From Podarcis vaucheri (taxonomy: Eukaryota): a stretch of DNA of 64,000 nt. The stretch lies in the NCBI GenBank assembly GCA_965113315.1, contig OZ220364.1; one strand, given 5' to 3'. Position numbers and translations under genes: made by a program. The notes below the pieces were generated by a model. The model was not told the DNA's origin. It did not search any database and saw only the letters and a program-made list of their open reading frames with translations. Of the stretch, positions 38,156 through 50,095 are shown in pieces; within the stretch, counting starts at the first letter, position 1, and every line of letters begins with the position of its first letter.

Positions 38156-38251
38156 GTGAGACATGTTTTCCTGTTGGTTTATCATCATCATCAGCCATGC
38201 AGTGACTTCTCAGTCCTCTCTCTTAATTCACTGTCTCCCTTCCCATTGCAG

Positions 38252-38373
38252 AGCTGTTATCAGACGACAACAAAGCCATTTGGTCTCCACGCCTGAGCCC
38301 AGACCAATGTCGCATTGTGTACCTGGAGAACCCGGCTTCTGGGCCCCACCAACAGTGCAGTCGTCTCTGCATG
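38252..38373 (+). CDS. APEH: APEH exon 10
   Basis: ELLSDDNKAIWSPRLSPDQCRIVYLE. Confidence 0.95.
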
Positions 38374-39416
38374 GTGAGTATTGCTTTTGAGCCTTGAGTC
38401 TTTGCATGAGAGACGAATAAGCTCCTGCCCTCTATATAGACTTCGGAGGTGAAGGCACCAGGAATGCTTCTGAACTGGGCCCAGAGATAGCAGGGGACCA
38501 AGATTGAGTTTTCATTTTGAAAAATGTAAATATCCAGCCCTTTCCAGAAAGAAGGTTGTTACAAAGCAAAATGCGGAGTAACCCACTGCTTTGTAAGAAA
38601 TGAGTCGGCTCCTGTCTTTCTGTGCTGAAGCTGAAGGAGTACAGTCACAGTTGTGCATGACTGATGAGCACCGTAGAGAAATATTAGTCACATACACACC
38701 AGGGAAAAACAAATTACAGCTTCACAATGTGTTACAGTTCGTGAAAATTGAGGTTTTTGCCTGGTTTGGAGTTGGCACTGGGGGAGAGCAGTGTCAGGTA
38801 GAAATTCAACAGGTCACATATTTTCTAGGACAGAAACACAATTATGGGGAAAGTTCCAGCTTTTGGCCTCCCAGACATCTTATTACTTGTGTGTGGCCCC
38901 TGATTTATTGTTGGGTGCTCCTCCCTGCCCGCGGAAGAGAATGTCAATTTGTATGTATTTGCATATGGCCCAATTTTTTTGCAAATCGGAGGCCTCTTCT
39001 GCAGATAGGGAAGTGGGCCCAATCCCCATGCAGAAAGTCCTGTTGGCAGCTTTGTGAACAAGTCATTGAGCTCTTTGGCCTTTGCCAAACTGTTGTGTGA
39101 GAGATCAGACAAAGCTCTGCATGAGCCTGAGTAAATTCTGCCTTGTTGACAACTATAGTGGGGAATCCGTATTTGCTGGCAGGGGTTATGAGGGTTCCTT
39201 CTTGGAGAGCTTGGTCAGAGGAATTGAGGCAGAGCTCCTCGGTGAGAGCATAAGGAGAGCCAAGGCCTGTCATTGTCCACCCAGAACTATCACATCAGGC
39301 CACCTCAGCACCTCCGTGAAGCATGTCTTGATGCTGTAAAATATTTGTGGGGCAGGAAGCTGTCCACTGCCACATCCTTTTTTGATGCCTTTTGATCTCT
39401 CCCCCCCCCCCCACAG

Positions 39417-39477
39417 TACGACTGGTACACAAAGCTCACTTCTGTCGTGGTGGAGATTGTGCCTCGGCAGAGCCAAG
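39417..39477 (+). CDS. APEH: APEH exon 11
   Basis: YDWYTKLTSVVVEIVPRQSQ. Confidence 0.93.
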
Positions 39478-40506
39478 GTGTGTATTACAACCGTGCTGGA
39501 GCTCCCAGGGGTGTTTGATGGAATCCGATGGAACCCTGTGGGTGCGCCAAGCGTTCCATGTGCAACAACAAGCGAAGCCAAATGTTAGGACTGCTGCATA
39601 TCACGCACAGTCATGTATCTTCTTCAGAATGGCCAACATTTATCACTGCGTAAACTACAGAAGTGTGGAATGTGAAATCCGCCTACAGGGCTGTGGATGG
39701 TTTGGGAGAAACAAGGTGATGTTAAGGAGGAACGAAAGGAGGAGATTCTGGGGCAATAGGGAAAAGACTTGAGCATTGGGAAAACATGAAAACCAGCCAC
39801 AGGCGGCTCATGGCACCTTCTCTATTAGGGTGTCTCTGGAAGCACCCCTTGGAATCTTTCTATACGTGTTGGAAGCCGCCTAGGGTGGCTGGAGCAACCC
39901 AGCCAGTGGAGCATAAATAATAAAATAATAATAATTATTATTATTATTAGAAGCAGCAGCAGCTTCTTTGCCTGCCTCAAGTTTGGAATCAGCAATGGCA
40001 ATTAGGTTCTGTGTCTTCAGCAAGTATTTTTCAGCAGAATCTTTTGCCAGTTTTTTTCAGGAATTCAGAATCCACATCTACTTTGCCATTAGAAAAGCAG
40101 GCTCAGTCGGCAGATCCTGGCTGTGGAATATCACGGGGACTGGCTGCAAAGAGGGATTGGGGGGGCCTTGGAATATATATGAAGAGAGACAGCATCACAG
40201 CTGACCTTCTCATTAGGCAGGGTGAAGTCACTTGTTATAGGTGGCAGATTATTATCATTTTTGTTACCCTGAAAGGGCAGGAAATTGACAAGAATTGAAT
40301 TTATTTTTTATCATTTTTACCACTCTGGGGAATGCCAGTTGGGGTTTTTTGTTGTTTTTTTGCCGTGGTGTCAGAATTTCATGGGCTATTTCTGACTGGC
40401 ATCCATGAAAGGGGCTTATCATGTGGCTTCCTGGCCCAGGGGCATCCCTGTGTTTTCCACCGGAAGGGCAGCTGTTGTTTCAGTGAAGGCGCTTTGTCTC
40501 TTACAG

Positions 40507-40604
40507 GTGACTTCACTGGGATCTATAGCACAGCACTGTCAGAGCACTGCTGGGCAGCAGACAGCCAGAGGATTGTGCTGGACACAATTCAACGTAGCAG
40601 GCAG
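40507..40604 (+). CDS. APEH: APEH exon 12
   Basis: DFTGIYSTALSEHCWAADSQRIVLDTIQRSRQ. Confidence 0.95.
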
Positions 40605-40869
40605 GTAAGAACGAAGCGTAGATCACCTTGAGCTTCAGACTGAAGCCACGGGTAGTTCGGGCAAACTAAGCACAAAGGGTACCTCCAATCGAAGGCTTTA
40701 TTTGGCAACAGGCAAATTGAATCAGCACATCTAATACCTTTAAACTTCATGGGGATCTCACATTGATCCATATAACAAAGCAAAGGATTATAGCACTATC
40801 TGAACATTTGGCTCTTTCCAAATAGTGTGGTGGAGAAGGGATTGTTGTGCAAATCTTGCAGAACCTTGC

Positions 40870-40870
<1 letters not shown>

Positions 40871-40902
<32 letters not shown>
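40871..40902. repeat. (TG)n microsatellite
   Basis: About 16 TG units; shorter ones at 53713-53732 and 61919-61936. Confidence 0.95.
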
Positions 40903-40904
<2 letters not shown>

Positions 40905-41000
40905 TCCCCATTGATAAATTGCAGGACAGCTTGTTGTGTGAGAAGGTGCTTTCTGGATGCAACTGAGAGTAGATCTCTCTCATGCTGTCTTTTCCTCTAG

Positions 41001-41052
41001 GAGCTGATTGTAGTTGATACAGTGTCAGGCAGTGTGTGCTCTCTGACCAAGG
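41001..41052 (+). CDS. APEH: APEH exon 13
   Basis: ELIVVDTVSGSVCSLTK. Confidence 0.92.
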
Positions 41053-41974
41053 GTAAGTAGCAAACTTGATAACTTGGCCCTCCATACTTAGTTCCTTCCA
41101 GTAACTGCAGTCTATGCTGTGTCCTGCCACTGCAATCCTCTGATCTTCTGGCAGAAGTGAGTCCTAATTTGTTTAATCCGTTTGGGGCAAAGCTATTCAA
41201 AGAGAACAGACAAGCCATCTTGCAGTCTGTTGTTCAGGGAGTTCTTCAGACCTTTGTCATCAGCTAGCACAGTTGGAGATAATTGTATCTGGTGTCCTCA
41301 CTTGCTTATCTTTTGCTTTTCTCCACCCTTTTTAGTATCACACTATACTGCCTTTGTAAGCATTTGGGTGAAAGATGCACCCCAAGCCAATATCTTTATC
41401 CTAGTTTCTTAATGCCCACTGATCATCCAATGTGAACACCCCCATTGTTCTACTGACCTTTGCTTCACATGCACTGCCCTCTTCTCCAACCCCCTCCAAA
41501 TTTTGCCAATGCTGCGTTCTTAATTTTAGTTCAGGTTCCAGCCGTCAGCAGTTGGAAATTGGGATGCATCCAACAAAGCCAGAACACTTGCAGAATGACT
41601 TATGTTTGCACAACAGACCTTTCCCTATCTCCTTACCCCACGACAACCCCCTCCCAGATCTATTCTGGGAGTTTCCCCAAGCCCTGGAGCCAATGGGGGG
41701 AGGAGAGTGAGGCGAACCTCCATTGCACAAGCAGGAGGACTTCTCTGGATGCAACCCATTTTGTTGCATATTCCGTCCATTTTTATAAATTTTTCCGCAT
41801 GTCAATTCAGTTTTTCTCTGCCCCAAAGCTTTGCTCATGACAGGCCAGCTTGCCCAGGCCTTCAGTGCTCAAATGCAAACATACCAGATCAGAAACAAAG
41901 CGGCGAGGGTTGCACACTCCACCTGAGCACAGAATACGGGGGAAGAGAAAAACTTTGTTCTTTTACTAACCTAG

Positions 41975-42063
41975 GTTCCCATCTTGGAAGCTGGGCCCTG
42001 CTCACTGTCGACCGAGATCTGCTGGTGGCCAGATTCTCCACTCCAAACTGCCCTCCCATGCTT
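41975..42063 (+). CDS. APEH: APEH exon 14
   Basis: SHLGSWALLTVDRDLLVARFSTPNCPPML. Confidence 0.94.
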
Positions 42064-42703
42064 GTAAGTGTCCAGTGGCCAAAGGTTGGGCAGAGGGACC
42101 TGGGCTCAGAATTGCTTGTTGCAGTAATTCTAAAATAATACTTCCTGTGCTTTCTGTCACTTTACATTTTGCTTAGGATTACTCAAATATTAAATAGACC
42201 AAGCCTGTAGACTTTGACTTAGGAACTGGCCTGTATCAAATTAATCAGTCGGGGCCCCAAGTGTCAAAAACTTGTTTGGCTGTGATTGCACAAACTTTGT
42301 GGCCGGGATGCAACATCCTATTAGTTATGTGCTTAACCGATTCTTTTTTGGGGGGAGGGAGGGAATTCTGATGAGGGCAAAATATGAGGCACTGGGGATC
42401 ATGTTTTGTTGCCCATAGTACAGTTTTTTACAGCCAAAGCTGAAACAGCACAGAGGCTGTAGGGTCAAGGATTTTCGGCAGTGCAGTGTGTAATGATTAA
42501 GAGCCCAGGGACAGAACACAACGTCGACCCCCTGTCCCCAGTATTTCCATTGGGCTTGCCTCTATTTTTCTTTTCAAATATCAGATGTGTGCTGCTATTT
42601 AGCGGACATGCTCTGCTCCTTATGTTCTGGGTGACCTTGTGTGGTCCGAGTAAGAGAGATCTGCTCCAGTGGTGCTGGATTCCTCTATGTCCTCTTGCTG
42701 CAG

Positions 42704-42842
42704 ATGGTGGCCTTCCTGCCTCCTGCTGGCAAGGAAGCTAAAGTTAACTGGGTGTGCCTGGAAGAAGCCAGCCCAATTCAAGAAATCTCTTGGGATGTTC
42801 GTACCCTGCAGCCTCCTCCAGAACAGGACAACCCCCAGTATG
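42704..42842 (+). CDS. APEH: APEH exon 15
   Basis: MVAFLPPAGKE...LQPPPEQDNPQY. Confidence 0.95.
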
Positions 42843-43215
42843 GTGAGGACCCAGAGAAAAAGAATTGGACAGACATCGCCAGAGATCAAGGAATTTAATT
42901 CCCTGCTTTGAGCCAGGGAAGAAATTAGGGCATTAAGGTTGTGATATGCAGATTGTGGGAGGAAATTGACACCACTCACTCACGCTAGATCTGCCATTGC
43001 AGGGAGATGGAATTATCCTCCTCTCCTTCCCCTGTGTATTGTTCTGGGAAGTTCTCCTGACCCTCCACAGCAGATTGGAGGGAAGCACAGGGGGGGAGGC
43101 CTGTTGCTTTAGTGGGAGCCCTTGCGTTGACTTCTGTGAGTGTACTGGGTTAGTTGAATCTAGGCCTTTGTGCCTGACTTTCACCAGATCTGCAAACTGT
43201 GGTCTTTCCTCACAG

Positions 43216-43299
43216 CGGGCCTCAGTTTTGAAGCCATCCTACTGCGGCCCACTCAGGCGCCAAAGAAGGCCAAGTTTCCATTAGTGGTGTCACCTCATG
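43216..43299 (+). CDS. APEH: APEH exon 16
   Basis: GLSFEAILLRP...PLVVSPH. Confidence 0.95.
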
Positions 43300-43398
43300 G
43301 TAAGTACTTTGTCTTCATCACTCCCTTCCCCTCATTCAAGGCACAGGGTGATTCCTTCGCCCTTCATCTCACTGGCACTCCCGCCTTCTCCTTTGCAG

Positions 43399-43479
43399 GA
43401 GGCCCACACTCAGTGTTCACCACCAGCTGGATGCTGTACCCAGCACTCCTCTGTCGGATGGGGTTTGCTGTGCTGCTGG
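43399..43479 (+). CDS. APEH: APEH exon 17
   Basis: GGPHSVFTTSWMLYPALLCRMGFAVLL. Confidence 0.96.
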
Positions 43480-44012
43480 GTAAGTGGTGGCCCAGAGCAT
43501 TCTCAGTCACCCAGTGGGCTGGTGGGGTCTCAGTTTATCTTTGAATAGGGCATCACAATTAGGAGACTGGACTGTCAATGGATCCTCTCCCATGACAGTG
43601 GTAAATGACTGCAGCGTGGTCCAAAACATTTGGCCTTTTCCTGCCTAGTCCAGTCTGTCTCAGTTGCTCAACAGGTGTGCTAGGGGAGTGACACTGGAGG
43701 AGGAATGACAGTAGTCAAGTTCAGGTAGCAGGTAGGGAGAGCTGGAGATTCCTGCCATGGTATCATCCTTCCTTCTATGACGATAGACTGCTCTGCCTCC
43801 TTTCTTTTAGCAATGCTTTGTGCCACTGGGGAAGTGGTAATTCTGCGTTGATTTGTTTTGGATGTTTGTATGTGATGCCAATAAAAGGTTTGAGGATGAT
43901 GATTAGAGGAAGCATCCTCCTGCCCAGTGATTCTGCAGCCTGGTTGAGCAGAGTGACAGGTATAGCAAAGAACTGGAGATCTCAATGAGCCTGTTTTTCT
44001 CCCTTCCCTAAG

Positions 44013-44101
44013 TGAATTACCGAGGATCACTAGGCTTTGGCCAGGACAGCGTGGACTCCCTTCCAGGGAAAGTGGGCAGTCAGGATGTCAAGGATGTGCA
44101 G
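44013..44101 (+). CDS. APEH: APEH exon 18
   Basis: [30 protein letters not shown]. Confidence 0.96.
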
Positions 44102-44226
44102 GTAAGAGGGTTGCAATCCCCCTTTCCAGGGCAAGCAGGGAGGGGTGGGGAGCTGTAGATTTTTTCACTGGTGGGAAGATGCTGCAGTGCTGTTTCCCCC
44201 CCTTGCACCCACCACCTTCTTTGCAG

Positions 44227-44417
44227 TTCTGTGTGGAACAGGTGCTACAGGAGGAACTGACGGATCCACAGAGAGTGGCCGTGTTTGGTGGCTCCCATGG
44301 AGGCTTCCTATCCTGCCATCTCATCGGCCAATACCCTGGCACCTACAAGGCTTGTGTGGCCAGGAATCCCGTGGTCAACGTGGCCTCCATGGTCGGAAGC
44401 ACTGACATCCCTGACTG
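44227..44417 (+). CDS. APEH: APEH exon 19 (catalytic Ser)
   Basis: [22 protein letters not shown]...STDIPDW. Confidence 0.97.
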
Positions 44418-44920
44418 GTGCGTACCAAAGGCAGCCTGAGCAGCTGCAGTTTCTCCTTCATGCCTGTGGCTGCTGTAATGAGGACACAAGAAGGACCATA
44501 CACTCCTGCATCCTATTCTCCCAGTGACCAGTCAGCTGCTGATGGGAAGCCTGCAAACATGACCCAAGGGCAAGAGCACTCTCCCAAGGTGGTTCCCAAC
44601 AATTGGTATTCGGAGACGTACCACCTCACGGTGAACACACCCATCGTGGCTAGTAGCTATTGATAGTCTTAACACACACATACCATGAATTAATTGAATT
44701 GTCCTTTAAAACCATCCAAGTTGGTGACCATCACTATATTCCATAGTTTTAATTTATTTATTTACTCATTTATAATCTGCACTTTCATAAAATGCACTGG
44801 TCCCAATGTACAGGGTTTACCCCACTTGCTGCACCTGTCAGCTGGAAAAACTTTCCGTTTATCCCGGCTCTCTGCTTCCCGTTCCCTCTGTTTTGATACC
44901 TGCTGTGCTGCTACTCCTAG

Positions 44921-45023
44921 GTGCCTGACGGAGGCTGGCTTACCGTATGACCAGACTGCCCTCCCAGATCCCAAGCAAGGGGCAGAAATGCTGCTTTGTT
45001 CACCTATGCAATACGTTGACAAG
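44921..45023 (+). CDS. APEH: APEH exon 20
   Basis: CLTEAGLPY...SPMQYVDK. Confidence 0.94.
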
Positions 45024-45148
45024 GTACAATACACACAGACCTTCCCTCTCTACATCCATTGGTCCAAGAACTCCATGATTTCGCTACTTCGTTTTCAGAG
45101 CTTTGGTTTCTCCAGCTGCCTTGATATCTTTGCCCTTTTCCTCCTTAG

Positions 45149-45255
45149 GTTCAGACACCTGTTCTTTTAATGATAGGAGAGGAAGATAGACGTGTACCCC
45201 CCAAGCAAGGCTTGGAGTATTACCGTGCTCTCAAGGCCAAGGGTGTCCCAACCCG
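45149..45255 (+). CDS. APEH: APEH exon 21 (catalytic Asp)
   Basis: VQTPVLLMIGEEDRRVPPKQGLEYYRALK. Confidence 0.96.
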
Positions 45256-45464
45256 GTAAGCATAATAGGCAAATTTGGCAAATAATGCAAAGGAGCTAGC
45301 TGAAAGGAGGCTCTATAGAGACAAAGGGGTGGTGGTCAAGAGGCTAGAAATATATGTGACTGGGTCAGGAGGGGAGAATTGTGTGGGGGCAGAAGGTCTG
45401 GCAAGAGAGAGTGGTGTGAAAAATAAACACATTACACCTAATATTTGTGTCTCTCTCTTTCTAG

Positions 45465-45567
45465 GATGCTGCTTTATCCGGGCAATAACCATTCGCTCTC
45501 TGGTGTGGAGGCCGAGGCAGACGGTTTCATGAATATTGCACTCTGGCTGATCCAGCACCTGAAATGA
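45465..45567 (+). CDS. APEH: APEH exon 22 (catalytic His, stop)
   Basis: MLLYPGNNHSLSGVEAEADGFMNIALWLIQHLK-TGA. Confidence 0.96.
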
Positions 45568-45887
45568 TGACTACAGAAGCTGGCCTACTCCTTTTGTAAC
45601 CCGCTTCCATACTAATAAGCAGCGTGGTCAGCCGACATAATGCAAGGCACTTCAATTCCAAACAGCCACCATAGGGACTGGTTGTCATCCAGAACTTGAA
45701 TAAGTACATGGCAGAGGTCACCTTCATCACACACTTTGTCAGATCTTGCCCTCTGATAAGTAGTTCCACCATAGCAGGTGGCTTATTTGAAGGTGTCAGG
45801 TGCTGGGTACTGATTTTTGAATCTCTGTCTTTAGCCTTAGTCTTTGGGGACAACAGGTGAACTACAAAGACTCCTGCTGCAAAAGTA

Positions 45888-45893
45888 AATAAA
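45888..45893 (+). terminator. APEH polyadenylation signal
   Basis: AATAAA about 320 nt after the stop. Confidence 0.65.
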
Positions 45894-47976
45894 ACACACC
45901 TGATTGTCTAAGACTGCTCACTCCTGACTTTTGAGAGGCTGACTTGCAAAGTGTAATTCTTTATAGAGATTGGGAACAACTGGGGCTTGTCAACTACTGA
46001 GATGCAAACTTTATTGAAGAGTACTGGATATTTTTTTGAAGAAGAGATAACAGGTCTAGCAATTTTTTGACTCAAAGGGAAAAGAGGTAATTCACAAAGA
46101 GGATTTGTGGAATGTAATGCTCAACTATTGCTTTTGCTCTTCAGAACTCCTCCCATCCAGCTTATAGCTACAGATGTCACCAGGAACTAAATCCCAAACT
46201 TATCATAGTGCATATGAACCTCTCATGCTGTGTTGTCTCAGGACAGATTCCTGCTATATCATTTTTCTCTTGTATATACAGGCACTGTTTTCTCTGGTGC
46301 TTCCTGATACATTATCATGGAAGCAGACTCTACAGTTGGTCTTTCTCTTGAGTAGAGGGGGAGTTCAGGGACCCATTACCCCATCTGCTGCTGGTTTCTG
46401 TTGGGAACTGAGAGGTGGACTATCAATAGCCACCTTAACATTCTTGTTATTTTCATTGGCTTTGTCTCATCCCTTGTCAATTTCCCCCTATTATTATTGT
46501 TGTTGTTATTATTATTATTATTAAAATGTTTATACCACCCGTCATCCAAGGATCACAGGGCAGTTTACAGTATAAAAACAAACAAAACAACACACACCAG
46601 TTTAAAAGGCCATAGAATGTCTAATTAGCCTTGAATTCTTGAAAATACAAGTATTTTTTCTTTATTTATCTATCCATTTAAGAAACCTTAAATGGAACAG
46701 GAGGACATCTGATATTAGGGTACTTGAGTGTATCACTAATTACCACCATTCTTTTTAAATACATCCCGTTAAAGTTCCTGTTCACCTGTTCCTTCAGTTC
46801 TGCTTTACATAATCCCCAAAGTAGCCAAAAACCTTCAGGACAGATTAGTTGGGTATTGTTAATACTTCCTGGGCTTTGAAGATGCTCAAACTCAGGACAA
46901 AAGGGAGAAACTTACTAAGAGGAAGGCACATTTGACAAACCCTCACCATGATCAACTCCCGCCCGGAAACCTATGTCCCTGCTGTGGAAGGATGTGTGGA
47001 TTGGCCTCCACAGTCACTTACAGACTCGCTGTTAAAACCATGTTTATGGAAGACCATCCTACTTGGCTACGAGTGATTGCCAAAGAAGAAGAATACCTCC
47101 ATTTGTAAAGCAACCACTTTTTGTCATGGGTTGGGAGCCTGTGGCTCTCCCATTGTTGTTGAACTCTTGCTCTCCTCACCCCCATCTATCGTGGCCAATA
47201 GGTAGGGTGTCCCTGTAGGGGCCAAAGGTTCCTCATTCCTTTAAGATAGCTGCTTTGCATTTGTGCTGGGAGCCAGGTAACCAGATTTTGAATGCCTACT
47301 AAATAGAAGATAGTGTAGGATTAATCACGCCACAATTTCCCAGTATTTTTGCTATTTTCATTCTGAGGGCTTGGGTCAGATTAAAATGTATTTTGATTCT
47401 CATGCTGTGTTCTGTTGGTTAAATTGTCCACTTAGGCCAGTGAACAGAGCTACAATTTAACTTGAATCTCCTATATTCACAGTCTGCCTCCTGTATCCCA
47501 CTGCTTTTTCAGCAGTGCTGCATAAGAGTAATTGGTTGCATCCTTTGCGTTCTCCATAGGCTGTAAATGAAAGCGTTGTAACAAATGAAATGTTGCCAAG
47601 AGACCGCTGCTGAAAGCACCACCCTGATCCCATCACCTTCCTTTAGTTCTGCTGCTGCTTCCAGGGGATTGACCTTCCGTTGAGAAAATGTCTTGAGGGA
47701 GATGCACACACCAGTATGACTTGTTAAATTGTGCGCAGTTGTGGGTGAGACAGCATGAGCTTATCTGATATATCTAACACCAGGTTCCCTCACAGCGGGG
47801 GACTATAGAATGGAGATTGGGGTCTGGGGCTAGGAGCGAGTTTTATTCACAGTAGCTGGTGTTTCGAGCGTCTGTGTAATTGCGTTCTCGCCACCTGTGC
47901 GGTTTCCCTTCCTCCTTAACATTGTTTTACTCTCGCCCTTCCAAGCAGCTTGCGACAGGGCAGCGTGCAAGCGTGG

Positions 47977-49343
47977 TTGCGTGTCAAAACCCCTCCCCCA
48001 GAAAGAAAGACACAGGACACAATGTTTAAGTTTAATGGGCATGAAATGGCCACAACTTTATTGATTAGAGAATTGAAGGTATTGGCCCTAGGCATTGGCT
48101 CCTATCCGCTACCCGGCATGATGTCCGGGAAGGGTTAACACTAACCGTGGGAGGCCCCCGTTGGAGTACGCCAACTAGGATCCCACGGGTGTCACCGCTT
48201 GGGGCGTGCCGGGGGCCCTTACCTAGGTAGGTTTCGGACAAGACAACGCCCCTCGGAGTCCTGTACCGGACTACCCCATTTCCTGGGGGAAGGTGATGGC
48301 GTTCCTTCCCCCCCCCATCCATTTGCATAACAATTGAACCCCAGCCAATGCCTAACCGCCAATACAGGGAAAGTTGTGACGGTTTGCTACGAGGTAGGCG
48401 AAAAAACCAAATGGCGGAAGATCGCCAACTTGGAAAAATTCCTACCAGGCCCCTTGCGGCGACCAACCGAAGTCCATAGCAAGGTCATGACTACCTACGG
48501 CTACCTAAACGTCTAAGGGTGGGTGGGATGGGAAAACCTCTCAGCTGGTCGGGAGTGAAGAGGGCGGACCCTGGGCGTGCCCGGCTTAAAATACCTTAAG
48601 CCACGCCCCCCTGGCCCGCCGATAGGCGGGCGGGGTCGCGAGCACGCCCAGGGATTCCCCCAACTCTCGCGGGGGCCAAGGTTAGCCCCCGCGCTTGGGG
48701 AGGAGGGGCTAGACCGCAACCCCCTCTCCTCCCCATAGTCGGAAATGGCTTTGCGTGTCAAAACCCCTCCCCCAGAAAGAAAGACACAGGACACAATGTT
48801 TAAGTTTAATGGGCATGAAATGGCCACAACTTTATTGATTAGAGAATTGAAGGTATTGGCCCTAGGCATTGGCTCCTATCTGCTACCCGGCATGATGTCC
48901 GGGAAGGGTTAACACTAACCGTGGGAGGCCCCCGTTGGAGTACGCCAACTAGGATCCCACGGGTGTCACCGCTTGGGGCGTGCCGGGGGCCCTTACCTAG
49001 GTAGGTTTCGGACAAGACAACGCCCCTCGGAGTCCTGTACCGGACTACCCCATTTCCTGGGGGAAGGTGATGGCGTTCCTTCCCCCCCCCCATCCATTTG
49101 CATAACAATTGAACCCCAGCCAATGCCTAACCGCCACTCGAGCAAAGCTCGCCGCCAATACCTTCAAACCTGTAACCAACTCCTACGCCCTGCTATGGAA
49201 ACAAGAGTAATTTAATTCGGGCGGGGTCGCGAGCACGCCCAGGGATTCCCCCAACTCTCGTGGGGGCCAAGGTTAGCCCCCGCGCTTGGGGAGGAGGGGC
49301 TAGACCGCAACCCCCTCTCCTCCCCATAGTCGGAAATGGCTTT
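47977..49343 (-). mobile_element. Non-autonomous split-direct-repeat element, probably Ngaro/DIRS-like (tyrosine-recombinase retrotransposon derivative)
   Basis: 385/386-bp repeat at 47977-48361 and 48751-49136; 126-bp repeat at 48627-48752 and 49218-49343; AATAAA on the - strand (48057-48062, 48831-48836); no TSD, only TT microhomology. Repeats are certain, family is inferred. Confidence 0.7.
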
Positions 49344-49821
49344 CTCACGTACCCAGCAACCCTGCAGGTCAGCTGAAGTGAGTGAATGGTTATGAGAAAA
49401 AGGAAGAAGCAAAACTTTGTTGTTGTGGTTGCTTTTATTATGGGCAGGGAGGGAGACCCCGATACAGTCAGTTCTCAGTGGGATCCTGCGCGTCTCACAG
49501 GGATCAGAAACAGCGCCGTCGGTCCCTCAGCTGTGACGAACACAAGCCTCCCCTTCGCGTGTATCTTTAAGTTGAGTTGCCTGCCTGGAAAAAAAGGAGC
49601 GGCAGGATCGGGGGCAAGAAAGGCCGCCACCCCTTCGGCTGGGCCTTCCCAGCAGGAATTTCCAGGGGGAACCGCGAGCAGAGGCCTGGCTCTATCCCCG
49701 CCTCCTCTCCCCGCCCGGCCAATTGCTGTCGGCACCGCCCGCTTCCCGCCCGTGCGCTGTGCCCGCCCTGCTGCCCCGGGACAAGCGCCTCTCGGGCTGC
49801 TTCGGGGAAACTTCCAGGGCG

Positions 49822-49854
49822 ATGGCTTCTAGAGCGGAGCGGGCGGAAGAGGCG
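49822..49854 (+). CDS. APEH-like exon 1 (MASRAERAEEA)
   Basis: gcgATGG Kozak context; GCG|gtgagg donor, phase 0. Confidence 0.7.
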
Positions 49855-49962
49855 GTGAGGCTGCGGAGCAGGGGAGGAGGGCGCTGGTGGGGGGGGAAGC
49901 AGGTGCCGCCGGGCAAGCGCCTCCATTTGCCCTGAATAACGCCGCCTCTTCTCTCCTTCTAG

Positions 49963-50095
49963 CCTCCAGCGGGGTCGGGTCCTCTGGGCGCCCTGTACCG
50001 GGAGCTGAGCCGGTTTCCCCGCGTGACTTATGCCAGTGTAGGAGTCGGGTTTGCTGCCTGCGGCGACGCCGCTGAGTGCCTGCCCCTCTACACGG
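49963..50095 (+). CDS. APEH-like exon 2
   Basis: GALYRELSRFPRV...LYT, homologous to AALYRELSQFPSL. Confidence 0.85.

Larger units (their letters stand above)
30283..45567 (+). other. APEH: APEH gene span, 22 coding exons, 2187 nt CDS, 728 aa, prolyl oligopeptidase family S9C
   Basis: All introns GT-AG with consistent phases; GGSHGG Ser codon 44293, GEEDRRV Asp codon 45185, NNHSL His codon 45490; BSN-APEH adjacency as in mammals. Confidence 0.97.

Noticed and set aside
48065-49123. Duplicated 133 and 94 aa - strand ORFs in the split-repeat element
   Set aside because: The two copies differ by a 1-bp indel and show no RT, YR or gag motif; treated as non-coding
47977-49343. Simple assembly-induced tandem duplication
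   Set aside because: Different spacers X and Y, CpG-type substitutions and coherent junctions argue for a real element, though long reads should confirm
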